DNA of 64,000 nt, from positions 1,227-65,226 of the forward strand of contig CAYUDX010000002.1 of the NCBI GenBank assembly GCA_964443355.1. The letters are read 5' to 3'. The translations under genes and the position numbers were made by a program. This document shows, one piece after another, positions 48,666 through 57,759 of the stretch. This stretch comes from an uncultured Spirochaetia bacterium (GTDB lineage: Bacteria > Oederibacteriota > PGYV01 > Palsa-1178). Each line of letters starts with the position of its first letter. Within the stretch, counting starts at the first letter, position 1. The notes beneath the pieces are model-generated. The model was not told the origin of the DNA. It made no database searches and saw only the letters and a program-made list of their open reading frames with translations.

Positions 48666-49716
48666 CATCGCGGTAATGGGCGGGGATGGTACCGGACCGG
48701 AAGTCCTGGCTGAAGGAATGAAAGTCCTGAAGGCGGCCGCGGAGAAACATACGGTGCGACTTCATTTCGTGGATTACGACCTCGGCGGCGAAAGATACAT
48801 GAAGACGGGGGATCTTGTGCCGGATTCATGCATGGAAGAATTTAAAAAGGCTGATGCGATATATTTCGGAGCCATCGGGCATCCCGACGTAAAACCCGGG
48901 ATACTTGAAATGGGGATACTTTTTAAGCTGCGTTTTGTCCTGGACCAGTATATTAATTTAAGGCCCGTAAAGCTTTACCCAAATGTGGAAACACCGCTGA
49001 AGGATAAAGGGCCCGAGGACATTGATTTTGTCGTGATCAGGGAAAATTCCGGCGGCATATATACGGGAATGGGCGGCGCGGTAAAAAAAGGCACTGCGAA
49101 CGAGATCGCGACGCAGGTTATGGCATATTCGCGCTTCGAGGTGGACAGGTGCGTTAAGTACGCGTATGAACTTACAAGAAAGCGCGACAGGAAGAACATG
49201 CTGACCCTTGTGCATAAGAGCAACGTGCTTACGCACACCGGCGATCTGTGGGTAAGGGCGCACAGGGAAATGGGGGACAGGGATTTCAAGGATATTAAAC
49301 AGGATTACGCACACGTGGATGCGGCCGCAATGTGGTTCTTGAAAAACCCGGAATTTTTTGACGTTATAGTGACTGAAAACCTGTTCGGCGATATCATAAC
49401 CGACATCGGGGCCATGATACAGGGCGGTAAGGGGATAGCCGCGGGCGGCAACATCAATCCCGAAGGCGTATCGATGTTCGAGCCTATCGGAGGCTCCGCC
49501 CCGAAATACACCGGTAAGAACGTGATAAATCCGCTTGCGGCAATAAACGCGGCGGCGATGATGCTCGACACGCTGGGAGAGGCCAAAGCGGCCATGGCGA
49601 TCGACAATGCGGTGACCGACGCGTTGAAGTCCGGAAAGATAAAATCAATGTCCGCCGGCAAGATGGGAATGGGAACAAGGGAGCTCGGTGATTATGTGGC
49701 ATCACTTGTAAAATAA
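48649..49716 (+). CDS. Isocitrate/3-isopropylmalate dehydrogenase-family oxidoreductase (LeuB/tartrate-DH-like)
   Basis: YNIAVMGGDGTGPEV N-terminus and the GSAPKYTGKNVINPLA motif. AAAGGAG RBS; 17-nt overlap with the upstream gene. Confidence 0.7.
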   Translation: MAKTYNIAVMGGDGTGPEVLAEGMKVLKAAAEKHTVRLHFVDYDLGGERYMKTGDLVPDSCMEEFKKADAIYFGAIGHPDVKPGILEMGILFKLRFVLDQYINLRPVKLYPNVETPLKDKGPEDIDFVVIRENSGGIYTGMGGAVKKGTANEIATQVMAYSRFEVDRCVKYAYELTRKRDRKNMLTLVHKSNVLTHTGDLWVRAHREMGDRDFKDIKQDYAHVDAAAMWFLKNPEFFDVIVTENLFGDIITDIGAMIQGGKGIAAGGNINPEGVSMFEPIGGSAPKYTGKNVINPLAAINAAAMMLDTLGEAKAAMAIDNAVTDALKSGKIKSMSAGKMGMGTRELGDYVASLVK

Positions 49717-49747
49717 ACAGGAATAAGCAAAACCTGTATGCGCCGCT

Positions 49748-49777
49748 TGACAAATCCGCCAAATCCCATATAATCAT
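49748..49777 (+). promoter_or_regulatory. Strong sigma70-like promoter TTGACA-17-TATAAT
   Basis: cTTGACAaatccgccaaatcccaTATAATcat. Confidence 0.6.
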
Positions 49778-49802
49778 TATAAACCCTTTGCAAGGTGAAA
49801 AA

Positions 49803-49970
49803 ATGGATTTCTGGCTCCGGTTAAGGAACGCTTTTTTAAAGCTGCTCATAAAATTTGACAACGGTTTTCTTTGCGATACCTGCAGGTACAACCATCCAAG
49901 CGACTGCCTTCGGCCTGAAAGACCGAACGCGAAGGAATGCAAAGAGTACAGGCATAAATAAATTAAAAAT
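49803..49970 (+). CDS. Unannotated small Cys-rich protein (55 aa; C-x2-C ... C ... C, putative zinc ribbon)
   Basis: Below the ORF-track size cut-off. AAGGTGA RBS, the ATG 26 bp after the -10, and translation MDFWLRLRNAFLKLLIKFDNGFLCDTCRYNHPSDCLRPERPNAKECKEYRHK. Confidence 0.45.
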
Positions 49971-49996
49971 TAACAATTAAGAATTAACAATTAAGG
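49970..49996 (+). repeat. Four 7-bp periodic direct repeats TTAACA-a-TTAAGA-a-TTAACA-a-TTAAGG
   Basis: AT-rich leader between the small Cys-rich ORF and the FmdB-like gene. Confidence 0.5.
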
Positions 49997-50077
49997 TATT
50001 CCATCACGCTATTATAATTAAGGCTGGGATTAAGATAAAAATAGCAATTAACAACACAACGGCAAAAGGAGACATAA

Positions 50078-50368
50078 ATGCCCACATATAATTATGAATG
50101 CGCCCACTGCGGCCTATTCGAAGCCGAACATTCCATAAAACTGGACGCTTATAAGATCTGCCCGAAATGCGGGGGCAAGGACATTAAACGCCTCATAGGG
50201 AACAATACCGCTTTTATCCTCAAGGGCGGCGGATTTTATGAGACGGATTATAAACGCGGCTCCGGCAGCGACTACGCCTCCAAGAAAGCCGCGGACAGCG
50301 CTGCGCCCGCACCTGCTGCGCCCTGCGCCGGCTGCGACAAGGCAAAATCAGGGGAATGCAAACCATAG
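50078..50368 (+). CDS. FmdB-family zinc-ribbon protein
   Basis: MPTYNYECAHCGLFE ... ICPKCGG classic FmdB N-terminus, with a second CxxC near the C-terminus. Confidence 0.7.
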   Translation: MPTYNYECAHCGLFEAEHSIKLDAYKICPKCGGKDIKRLIGNNTAFILKGGGFYETDYKRGSGSDYASKKAADSAAPAPAAPCAGCDKAKSGECKP

Positions 50369-50613
50369 CCCCCCATTTTGAATGCGTTTGACTTAAGCAA
50401 AATCATGTGTTATTATTGAAAAGGAACAATAGCCCGCCGAAAACATTCTTTTTACGGGTTATCCGGCCAAAAAGCATTGCCTGTCATTTGATAATTTGCC
50501 CGCACTTGTGGATCCTCTAAAAAAAATTCCGGCTATTGCTTATGCGCGTCTAAAAATAAGGCTGAAAATATAACGACATTACAAATTTTTTAATCCATTT
50601 AAAGGAGGGCGGT

Positions 50614-51039
50614 ATGAAACGAACGGCAGGATTATGGATCGACCACCGGAAGGCTTTCATCGTGACTTTGACCGACAACGGGGCGGAAACGCTCCAGATA
50701 TTGTCGGGGGTGGACAAACAACGCGGGCGAATGGACGGGGTACGCCTGAATGAAAAGTTCGAGTCGCATAAAGTGGCGGCAGACGACAGGCAGCAGCGGG
50801 ATTATGCGGGGCACATGGACGCTTTTTACAGGAACGTTATGGATAAAATAAAAGGTTCGGGTTCGATACTTCTGATGGGCCCGGGCGAGGCAAAAGGCGA
50901 ATTCAAAAAGTTCATGGACAGGCACGGGAGCGAAAACACCGTGGTGATGGTCGAGGCCGACGACAAAATGACCGACCCGCAGATAGTGGCCAAAACGCGC
51001 GAATATTTTCTGGAGAAAGACACAAAACTAGGGGACTGA
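50614..51039 (+). CDS. Hypothetical protein (possibly host-attachment/eRF1-like family)
   Basis: AAAGGAGGG RBS. N-terminus WIDHRKAFIV resembles the Host_attach-family start; weak. Confidence 0.45.
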   Translation: MKRTAGLWIDHRKAFIVTLTDNGAETLQILSGVDKQRGRMDGVRLNEKFESHKVAADDRQQRDYAGHMDAFYRNVMDKIKGSGSILLMGPGEAKGEFKKFMDRHGSENTVVMVEADDKMTDPQIVAKTREYFLEKDTKLGD

Positions 51040-51051
51040 CAGGGGAAAAAA

Positions 51052-53412
51052 ATGCTTTCCAGGATCAACTCGTTTCCGGAACAATTAAGGCGCATATTCA
51101 ACCCTGATGAGTGGATGATCAGGCTTTTAAGGCTTTCGGTCATAAAGGAACGTTCCACGCTTCCCGGAGCCGTAATAATACAGATCGACGGCCTGAGCCA
51201 TACGGAGTTCAACCGCGCCCTGCACAGGGGTGAGATGCCCAGGCTGGCCCGGCTTTTGAAAAAAGAGGGTTATACGCAGAGGGTCCATTACAGCGGCCTG
51301 CCCTCATGCACACCGGCGGTACAGGGGAACCTTTTTTACGGGGTGAAAAGCTGCGTGCCGGCGTTCAGTTTCAGGGACAAAAAGACGGGGAAAGTCTTCA
51401 ACATGTTCATCCCCCGGGACTCGGCCGAAATAGAAAAACGCCTGAAAAGAAAAGGGGAGCCCCTGCTGAAGAACGGCAGCTCATACGGGAATATTTTTAC
51501 CGGAGGCGCCCAGGAAGCGCATTTCTGCGTTTCGGCCATCGGCTGGGGGACGCTGCTTAGCGCGGCGAACCCGTTCGCCATAATAATATTCATCGCTATG
51601 CACCTTCTGGTCATCATACGCGCGGCCCTGCTGACGGTCCTCGAGTTCATCCTGGCGCTCTTTGATTCCATACGCGGGTTTATAGAAGGCAAGGACCTCT
51701 TTGCCGAGATCAAATACATCCCGTTTCGGGTCATTGCCTGCGTTATCATAAGGGAAGTTGTCGGCATAGGCGCAAAAATAGACATTACCCGAGGTCTTCC
51801 CGTAATACACATAAACCTTGCCGGTTATGACGAGCAATCACACCACCGCGGGCCGGGGTCCGGGTTCGCCCACTGGTCCCTCAGGGCCATTGACAGCGTG
51901 ATAGGCGGTATATGGAAGGCCACCAAAAGATCGATCCGCCGCGAGTATGACCTTTTTATTTATTCCGACCACGGGCAGGAAGAGACGAGCGATTATGAAA
52001 AACTGCACGGCAGGCACGTCCAGGCGGCCGTGAACGGGATAATGAAGGAAGTAATAAAGCATGACAATCTTCGCATGGAATCACTGTCGGGCAACCACAG
52101 CTGGCGTGCAGGTCTGATGCGCTATAGACCGCCCGTTGAAACCGCCCCCGAACAGGAAAAGAAAGACAAGGCGAACGAAGCCGTCATAACGGCCCTGGGG
52201 CCGGTGGGGTTCATATATCCCGCAAAAAAACTTTCCATGGCGCAAAAACAAAACGTAGCAAGGGCCCTTGTTAAAAAAGCCTGCATTCCAATAGTCGTCG
52301 TATCCAATTCGGCCAATACAGCATCCGCCTGGAACAGCGAAGGGAAATTCCTGCTTCCGCGCGACGCATCTAAGGTGCTCGGAGGCGACCACCCGTTCCT
52401 GAAACAGGCGGCGGAGGACCTTGTGGGATTAAGCCGCCACAAGGACGCCGGGGAAATAATGATCCTGGGTTATAAACCCGTGGGAAAGTCCGTCACATTT
52501 TACGCGGAGCGCGGCAGCCACGCGGGACCGGGAGCCCATGAAACAGCGGGTTTTGCGTTGATACCCCCGGGGGTAAAGACCGATGAGAATAAGATATTCA
52601 GGACCGGGGACCTGCGCGATGCTGTCTTAAGCGTACTGAAAAGGGAGGACAAGGCGGGCCCGGGCGTTGAAAAAAATCCGGACGGCCGTGCCAGCCTTAA
52701 AATAATGAGCTATAACATACACGCGTGCAAGGGAAGGGACGGCAAAGTTCGGCCCGACAGGATCGCGGAAGTGATTGCGTCGCACGCCCCGGATATCGTG
52801 GCGCTTCAGGAAGTGGATTCCCGGGAAAACATGCACCAGGCGAAGATAATAGCCGGACTGCTCTCCATGAACTTTTATTACCATTCGAGCGTCCTGCTCA
52901 AGACCGGCATGCACGGCAACGCGATATTAAGCCGTTACGGCATGAAACTGAAAAAAGAGGGGGCCCTGCCGAGCCTTCTAAATACTCGCTTGCTTGAAAA
53001 ACGAGGCGCTCTCTGGGTGGAGATCAACGCCAACGGGAAAAAGATACAGGTCATAAACACCCACCTGAGCCTTTTCCCGAGGGAGAGGATGATCCAGGTA
53101 AAGGAACTGCTGGGGCCGGGATGGCTGGGAAATCCCGGATGCAAAGGCGCCGTCATAATATGCGGCGATTTTAATTCGACGCTCAATTCGCGGGTGTGCA
53201 GGGCCCTGGGCAAAAAATTCCACAGCATACACTTCCACGCAAAGGGGTTCAGCCACCTGAAGACCTTCCCGAGCTTTTTCCCGCTGGGGCTCGTCGACCA
53301 TATCTTCCTCGGCGGCGGGATAAAAGCAGTAAAGATCGAGACGCCGAAAACGCGCATGGAACGCAGGGCATCGGACCATCTCCCCCTTATATCGGAGGTA
53401 AAGATCCCGTGA
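51052..53412 (+). CDS. Large fusion protein: alkaline-phosphatase-like (type I phosphodiesterase/nucleotide pyrophosphatase) core + TM segment + endonuclease/exonuclease/phosphatase (EEP) domain
   Basis: AlkP-core motifs (VIIQIDGLSH ... SDHGQE). C-terminal EEP motifs (IMSYNIHAC, ALQEV, NTHLS, CGDFNS, SDHLPL). Confidence 0.65.
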   Translation: MLSRINSFPEQLRRIFNPDEWMIRLLRLSVIKERSTLPGAVIIQIDGLSHTEFNRALHRGEMPRLARLLKKEGYTQRVHYSGLPSCTPAVQGNLFYGVKSCVPAFSFRDKKTGKVFNMFIPRDSAEIEKRLKRKGEPLLKNGSSYGNIFTGGAQEAHFCVSAIGWGTLLSAANPFAIIIFIAMHLLVIIRAALLTVLEFILALFDSIRGFIEGKDLFAEIKYIPFRVIACVIIREVVGIGAKIDITRGLPVIHINLAGYDEQSHHRGPGSGFAHWSLRAIDSVIGGIWKATKRSIRREYDLFIYSDHGQEETSDYEKLHGRHVQAAVNGIMKEVIKHDNLRMESLSGNHSWRAGLMRYRPPVETAPEQEKKDKANEAVITALGPVGFIYPAKKLSMAQKQNVARALVKKACIPIVVVSNSANTASAWNSEGKFLLPRDASKVLGGDHPFLKQAAEDLVGLSRHKDAGEIMILGYKPVGKSVTFYAERGSHAGPGAHETAGFALIPPGVKTDENKIFRTGDLRDAVLSVLKREDKAGPGVEKNPDGRASLKIMSYNIHACKGRDGKVRPDRIAEVIASHAPDIVALQEVDSRENMHQAKIIAGLLSMNFYYHSSVLLKTGMHGNAILSRYGMKLKKEGALPSLLNTRLLEKRGALWVEINANGKKIQVINTHLSLFPRERMIQVKELLGPGWLGNPGCKGAVIICGDFNSTLNSRVCRALGKKFHSIHFHAKGFSHLKTFPSFFPLGLVDHIFLGGGIKAVKIETPKTRMERRASDHLPLISEVKIP

Positions 53413-53456
53413 ACGCCGTAATGCGGGGTTTATAATAAAATCAAAGGCGGTGGATT

Positions 53457-54140
53457 ATGTTCAGGAAGTATTGCGCTGTCCCGTTTGCTTTTTTGATTAT
53501 GCTTCTGTATTTACCGGTTTACTCCGATTTCTCCGTTGATACGGACGCCCCGACCGCGATAGACAAGTCTTTTATCCAGAGCGAGATGGACGACATCGAC
53601 GCGCAGGTGCAGGACCTCGACTACGATATCGACGGCCTTAACCTGTCAAAAGAGGCGCTGAACGCGCAGATATCCATCATGCAGAACCAGCGTTTGCTGG
53701 ACGATCTTACCGCAAGAAGGAACGACCTTAACTCAAAGACTCCGGCCCTCGGCACAAAAAAGAAAAGGACAAAGGACCGGGACGCGCTTGTAAATAAACT
53801 GGCATTATTGAACAAGGAGATAGCCATAAGGAACGAGATGATAGCCCTTTACAAGCTGCAACTCGCGGACGACGAAAACTCACAGGAAGTCAGGACCGGG
53901 AATCTCGTATATATCCAGGCGCAGATAAAATTAAGGGAAGACGAGATAACCGCCCTTTCAGGGACAGATGCGGACGGCAGGACCATGAATGCGGCCGCGG
54001 CCGCAACGCCGGACGCCGCCGCACAGGCCCTGCTTGACAAGATAAAAAATATCGACGCCAGGATATCGGTTGACCGGCAAAAAATTGACGACCTCAAAAA
54101 ACAGGAGGCCCCGCTGGAAATACAGCTTAAAGGGATGTAG
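53457..54140 (+). CDS. Secreted coiled-coil hypothetical protein
   Basis: Signal peptide, then heptad-rich low-complexity sequence. Confidence 0.45.
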   Translation: MFRKYCAVPFAFLIMLLYLPVYSDFSVDTDAPTAIDKSFIQSEMDDIDAQVQDLDYDIDGLNLSKEALNAQISIMQNQRLLDDLTARRNDLNSKTPALGTKKKRTKDRDALVNKLALLNKEIAIRNEMIALYKLQLADDENSQEVRTGNLVYIQAQIKLREDEITALSGTDADGRTMNAAAAATPDAAAQALLDKIKNIDARISVDRQKIDDLKKQEAPLEIQLKGM

Positions 54141-54301
54141 ATCGGAAACGGCAGATGATGAAGGAATAATCATGTTATTTTTAACATTTTATGTTATAAT
54201 ACGGAAAGCAAGTTTTACAATAAGAAACAATTATGAGTTTTTAAGGGGATCAAACTGCGACCGCTTGCTTGTTTTAAATAAACAAGATTGGGGTTATTAG
54301 G

Positions 54302-55255
54302 ATGGAACAAAACGAGATCAATCAATATCACGGTTTGATAGGCGACAGCAATCAAATTTCATCCATCAAAACATATTTAAACGAAATAAAATATTCAAAA
54401 CTTCCTGTTTTGATCGAAGGTGAAACAGGAGTTGGAAAATCCCTCATCGCCTCGATAATCCACAAGATAAGCGACCGCGCCGCAATGCCGAAAGACCTCC
54501 TTGAAAATGAATTATTTGGACATGAGGTGGGGGCCTTTACCGGAGCCACCAGGGTAAAGCGGGGGCTCTTCGAAGTCGCCGATAGAGGAACGCTTTTTCT
54601 GGACGAGATCGGGGAGATCGATCCGGGCAACCAGGTCAAGATACTGGATGTGATAGAAACCGGGAAATTCAGGCGCCTCGGCGGAAACGAGGAAATATTG
54701 GTCGACGTGCGTATCATTACCGCCACCAACAGGAACTTAAAAGACGAAGTTGAAGAGGGCAGGTTCAGGCAGGACCTCTTTTTCAGGCTCAACGTCCTGT
54801 ATGTGTTCATACCTCCGCTCAGGGAAAGAAAAAAGGACATTCCTTCGCTCATAGAACATTTTATTAAGGCAAAATCCGGGGACCCCGGAAAAGCAGGGAG
54901 TTATTTCAGCGTTGAAGAGATGGAAACCATAACGGGCGGACAATGGCTTGGAAATTCGAGGGAACTCCTTAATTTTGTGGAAAAGACGCTTGTTTTTAAT
55001 TCCAACAAGATAAAAAGGGACGAATTCCTGAAGGAGATAGAAACCGTAAACGAAAAAATAGGAACGGAAATTGAGCCATCTGCCGAGGCGTCGGAAAAGG
55101 TGGAAACATTCGAGGCTTTTATCGACAACGCGGAAAAGGTTTTTCTCACCCAGATGCTGAAGAAATACAAATACAACAAGACAAAAATAATCAACGAATT
55201 AAAGATCAGCAGGGCAAAATTTTACAGACTGCTCAATAAATACAAGCTCAATTAA
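54302..55255 (+). CDS. Sigma-54-dependent transcriptional activator lacking an N-terminal regulatory domain (AAA+ core + Fis-type HTH)
   Basis: Walker A GETGVGKS, GAFTGA loop (GHEVGAFTGA), Walker B LFLDEIGE, C-terminal HTH. The AAA+ domain begins within ~10 residues of the start. Confidence 0.85.
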   Translation: MEQNEINQYHGLIGDSNQISSIKTYLNEIKYSKLPVLIEGETGVGKSLIASIIHKISDRAAMPKDLLENELFGHEVGAFTGATRVKRGLFEVADRGTLFLDEIGEIDPGNQVKILDVIETGKFRRLGGNEEILVDVRIITATNRNLKDEVEEGRFRQDLFFRLNVLYVFIPPLRERKKDIPSLIEHFIKAKSGDPGKAGSYFSVEEMETITGGQWLGNSRELLNFVEKTLVFNSNKIKRDEFLKEIETVNEKIGTEIEPSAEASEKVETFEAFIDNAEKVFLTQMLKKYKYNKTKIINELKISRAKFYRLLNKYKLN

Positions 55256-55310
55256 AACAGGCCTGCCGGATTTAAACAGTTTTCCCCATCACACCCGGGA
55301 ACATGCCGTT

Positions 55311-55328
55311 TAAAATACATATTGTATC
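55311..55328. promoter_or_regulatory. Palindromic upstream activator sequence (AAATACA-tat-TGTAT), copy A
   Basis: ~130 bp upstream of sigma-54 promoter A; paralogous to the site at 58962-58985. Confidence 0.5.
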
Positions 55329-55445
55329 AAAAACGGACATCCTGAAAAATAAATTATCCACTGTCCAGCCATGATAAAAACATCACAAACCTAATTATGC
55401 CCTTTATAACACAGGATAATATTACCCGCGCTCCCGTGCTTTATC

Positions 55446-55462
55446 CTGGCATGGTAAATGCT
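55446..55462 (+). promoter_or_regulatory. Sigma-54 promoter A (cTGGCAtggtaaaTGCt; -24 GG / -12 GC, 10-bp spacing)
   Basis: Exact GG-N10-GC geometry; identical 16-mer at 59097-59113. Confidence 0.7.
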
Positions 55463-55556
55463 TTATATGCATGCATATAATTCCATTTGACGACGGCTCT
55501 ATTTGATGAAAGCGCCGGTTAATTCAGTGGATTCCCCCAAAAAAGGAGCTAAACAA

Positions 55557-55604
55557 TGGAAAAGGAATATTTATGTCAAAAGGTTTTCGAAACAGTAAAT
55601 TAAT
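55557..55604 (+). pseudogene. Frameshifted remnant of the small coiled-coil gene (paralog of 59207..59497)
   Basis: ATGGAAAAGGAATATTTATGTCAAAAGGTTTTCGAAACAG aligns to the 5' end of the 59207 gene with a 2-nt deletion; stop after 15 codons. Confidence 0.5.
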
Positions 55605-55707
55605 GAATTTTTCAGATTAAAAGCGGGAGGAATAAAAAAACATGACGGATAAAAACGATCTTTCGCATCTTTGATTTACAAATATATCATAAAGGGAGGA
55701 AATTTAG

Positions 55708-56553
55708 ATGAAAAAATTACTATCAGTATCGGTTGCGGCGATTTTTGCGGTCATTGTACTTATCGTGGCCGGTTGCGGAAGCTGGAACAAAACAACAGGC
55801 CCTTTGTCCAGGATCAATGTGAATCTTGGAACCGCGTCAACAATGGGGGGCATCGGCGGAGGCGCCGGAATGACCAATCAGGGGGTTAATACCGTGGTCA
55901 ACGGGGATATCGCGACCACAGGCGCTTCCACGCTGGTTACCGGGTTTCACGATACCGGAAATGTTTATACTGAAACAGGCTCCAATATAGGGCACGTAAC
56001 AGGGAAGATATATACCGCTCCGCCTCCTCCTTCAGGCGGCGACGGATCGGAAGGAACCGCGTCAACATTTGCCGTGGCCGCACAGGCCCTGGCTGACGCG
56101 CAGACCGCGTATGACAGCCTTATGCCTGCTTCCATGCCCGGAGGCATAGACCCCGGAGCCGGACAACTCGGCGGGTTGACACTCGCGCCCGGCATCTATA
56201 AAGCAGCCGGAGGCACGTTCCTGATCACGGGATCGGATCTTACCCTTGACGGAAAAGGGGACCCGAATGCCGCCTGGGTTTTCCAGATGGCCAGTTCGCT
56301 TACCGTCGGCGACACTTCGCCGCGCTCCGTATTGCTGATAAACGGCGCCCAGGCCAAAAACGTATACTGGCAGGTGGGCAGCGCCGCTACTATAAACGGA
56401 GCGGCCGGCGGGACAATGGTCGGCACGATCATCGCTTATTCAGGGGTGACGTTCTCGACCGCAGGGTTAACAACGATAACGACGCTTAACGGCAGGGCCC
56501 TTGGTTTGAACGCTTCCGTAACGCTGGTAAACACAGTCATTAATGTGCCATAA
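55708..56553 (+). CDS. Lipoprotein with ice-binding-like (DUF3494) beta-helix domain
   Basis: Lipobox VAGC. DUF3494 core motifs (LGGLTLAPGIYK ... LTLDGKGDPNAAWVFQ ... INGAQAKNVYWQVGSAATI ... LNGRALGLNASVTL). GGGAGG RBS. Confidence 0.75.
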   Translation: MKKLLSVSVAAIFAVIVLIVAGCGSWNKTTGPLSRINVNLGTASTMGGIGGGAGMTNQGVNTVVNGDIATTGASTLVTGFHDTGNVYTETGSNIGHVTGKIYTAPPPPSGGDGSEGTASTFAVAAQALADAQTAYDSLMPASMPGGIDPGAGQLGGLTLAPGIYKAAGGTFLITGSDLTLDGKGDPNAAWVFQMASSLTVGDTSPRSVLLINGAQAKNVYWQVGSAATINGAAGGTMVGTIIAYSGVTFSTAGLTTITTLNGRALGLNASVTLVNTVINVP

Positions 56554-56612
56554 ACGGCCGCTTAAAGGAATTTTCCAAATTCTAAAATACGTAAATAGAA
56601 AAGAGGTTTAAA

Positions 56613-57704
56613 ATGAAAAAAATGAATTTAACCGTTCTTTTTGCGAGGATGGCGGCAACGGCCGTATTGGTCCTTGCTTTGGTCCTTCCGGCGGCTGTTT
56701 TTGCTGAAATAAGGGAAGGAAGCTTTGAATTAACCGGTTTCGGGGGTTACAATTTTTTTGAAACAAGGCAGAACCTGCACGATCATCCCATCTATGGAGG
56801 CCGTCTGGGCTACAATGTGCTGGACAACCTCGGCGTTGAGTTCTCGGCTGAATTCATGAACACCGCCGTGTATAACAACGGCATAACAGGCTATACAAAA
56901 GGGCGTTTTACGGCTCCCGCGGGTAATGTGGATATTATGTTCTGGAACGCCGACCTTGTTTATCACTTCATGCCAGAGGGAAGGCTGAATCCTTTCCTGG
57001 CGGTCGGCGCCGGCGCCACCCAGTATACTCCGAGCATAGAAAATTATGAAATGACAACGCTGAATTTTGCCGCAGGCGTGAAATACTGGGTCCTTGACGA
57101 CCTTGGAGTAAGGCTGGATCTCAGGGACAATATGGTCTCCGAGTTCATTCACGATACCTACAATAATGTCAATGTCACCATCGGCATAGACTACCAGTTC
57201 CTTGGAAAAAAATCGGAGCAGCAGGAACCTACGACTACGCCTACACCCACGCCGACAAAAATAGTAAAAAAGGAGGTTGTTTTTGTTGCTGAAGAACCGA
57301 AACCGGAAGAAAAAGTCCTTGAGGTGGTTCCCAAAGCCGATGTGGTCGTTCTTGTATTTGAGGACATGCACTTCAATTTTGACAAATCAACGCTTACCGA
57401 CCAGACAAAAAATGTGATCAAGAAAAGTATTAAAGAGATGGATAAGAATCCCAACGTAAAGATACTTATTGCGGGGTATACATCCGCCGCGGGGACCAAA
57501 GAATACAATCAAAAGCTCAGCGAAAGAAGGGCCGCTGCAGTCAGGGATTACCTTGTAAGTGAAAAAGTCATATCGCCGGACAGGTTGTCCATAATAGGAT
57601 ACGGCGAAATGCGGCCGCAGGAATATGAAACAGTACCCAGTGATCATTATTCCAAGGCGGCCAAGGCGAATATGACTGTGCTTTTTACCGTGGTTGTGAA
57701 ATAA
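56613..57704 (+). CDS. OmpA-family outer membrane protein (beta-barrel + PT-rich linker + peptidoglycan-binding OmpA_C)
   Basis: Signal peptide, beta-barrel N-domain, PTTTPTPTPTK linker, and OmpA_C (NVKILIAGYTSAAGTKEYNQKLSERRAAAV). Confidence 0.85.
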   Translation: MKKMNLTVLFARMAATAVLVLALVLPAAVFAEIREGSFELTGFGGYNFFETRQNLHDHPIYGGRLGYNVLDNLGVEFSAEFMNTAVYNNGITGYTKGRFTAPAGNVDIMFWNADLVYHFMPEGRLNPFLAVGAGATQYTPSIENYEMTTLNFAAGVKYWVLDDLGVRLDLRDNMVSEFIHDTYNNVNVTIGIDYQFLGKKSEQQEPTTTPTPTPTKIVKKEVVFVAEEPKPEEKVLEVVPKADVVVLVFEDMHFNFDKSTLTDQTKNVIKKSIKEMDKNPNVKILIAGYTSAAGTKEYNQKLSERRAAAVRDYLVSEKVISPDRLSIIGYGEMRPQEYETVPSDHYSKAAKANMTVLFTVVVK

Positions 57705-57759
57705 CGTAAAGCCGGGCTTTCAGATTCCTGATATCTGTAAAACAAACAGGGGGATGTTT

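Noticed and set aside
54070-54300. 76-aa ORF upstream of the sigma-54 activator gene, as a possible split N-terminal regulatory domain
   Set aside because: The sequence is AT-rich and low-complexity with no domain features. It overlaps the end of the upstream gene and contains promoter-like and palindromic elements (CTTGTTT-taaat-AAACAAG).
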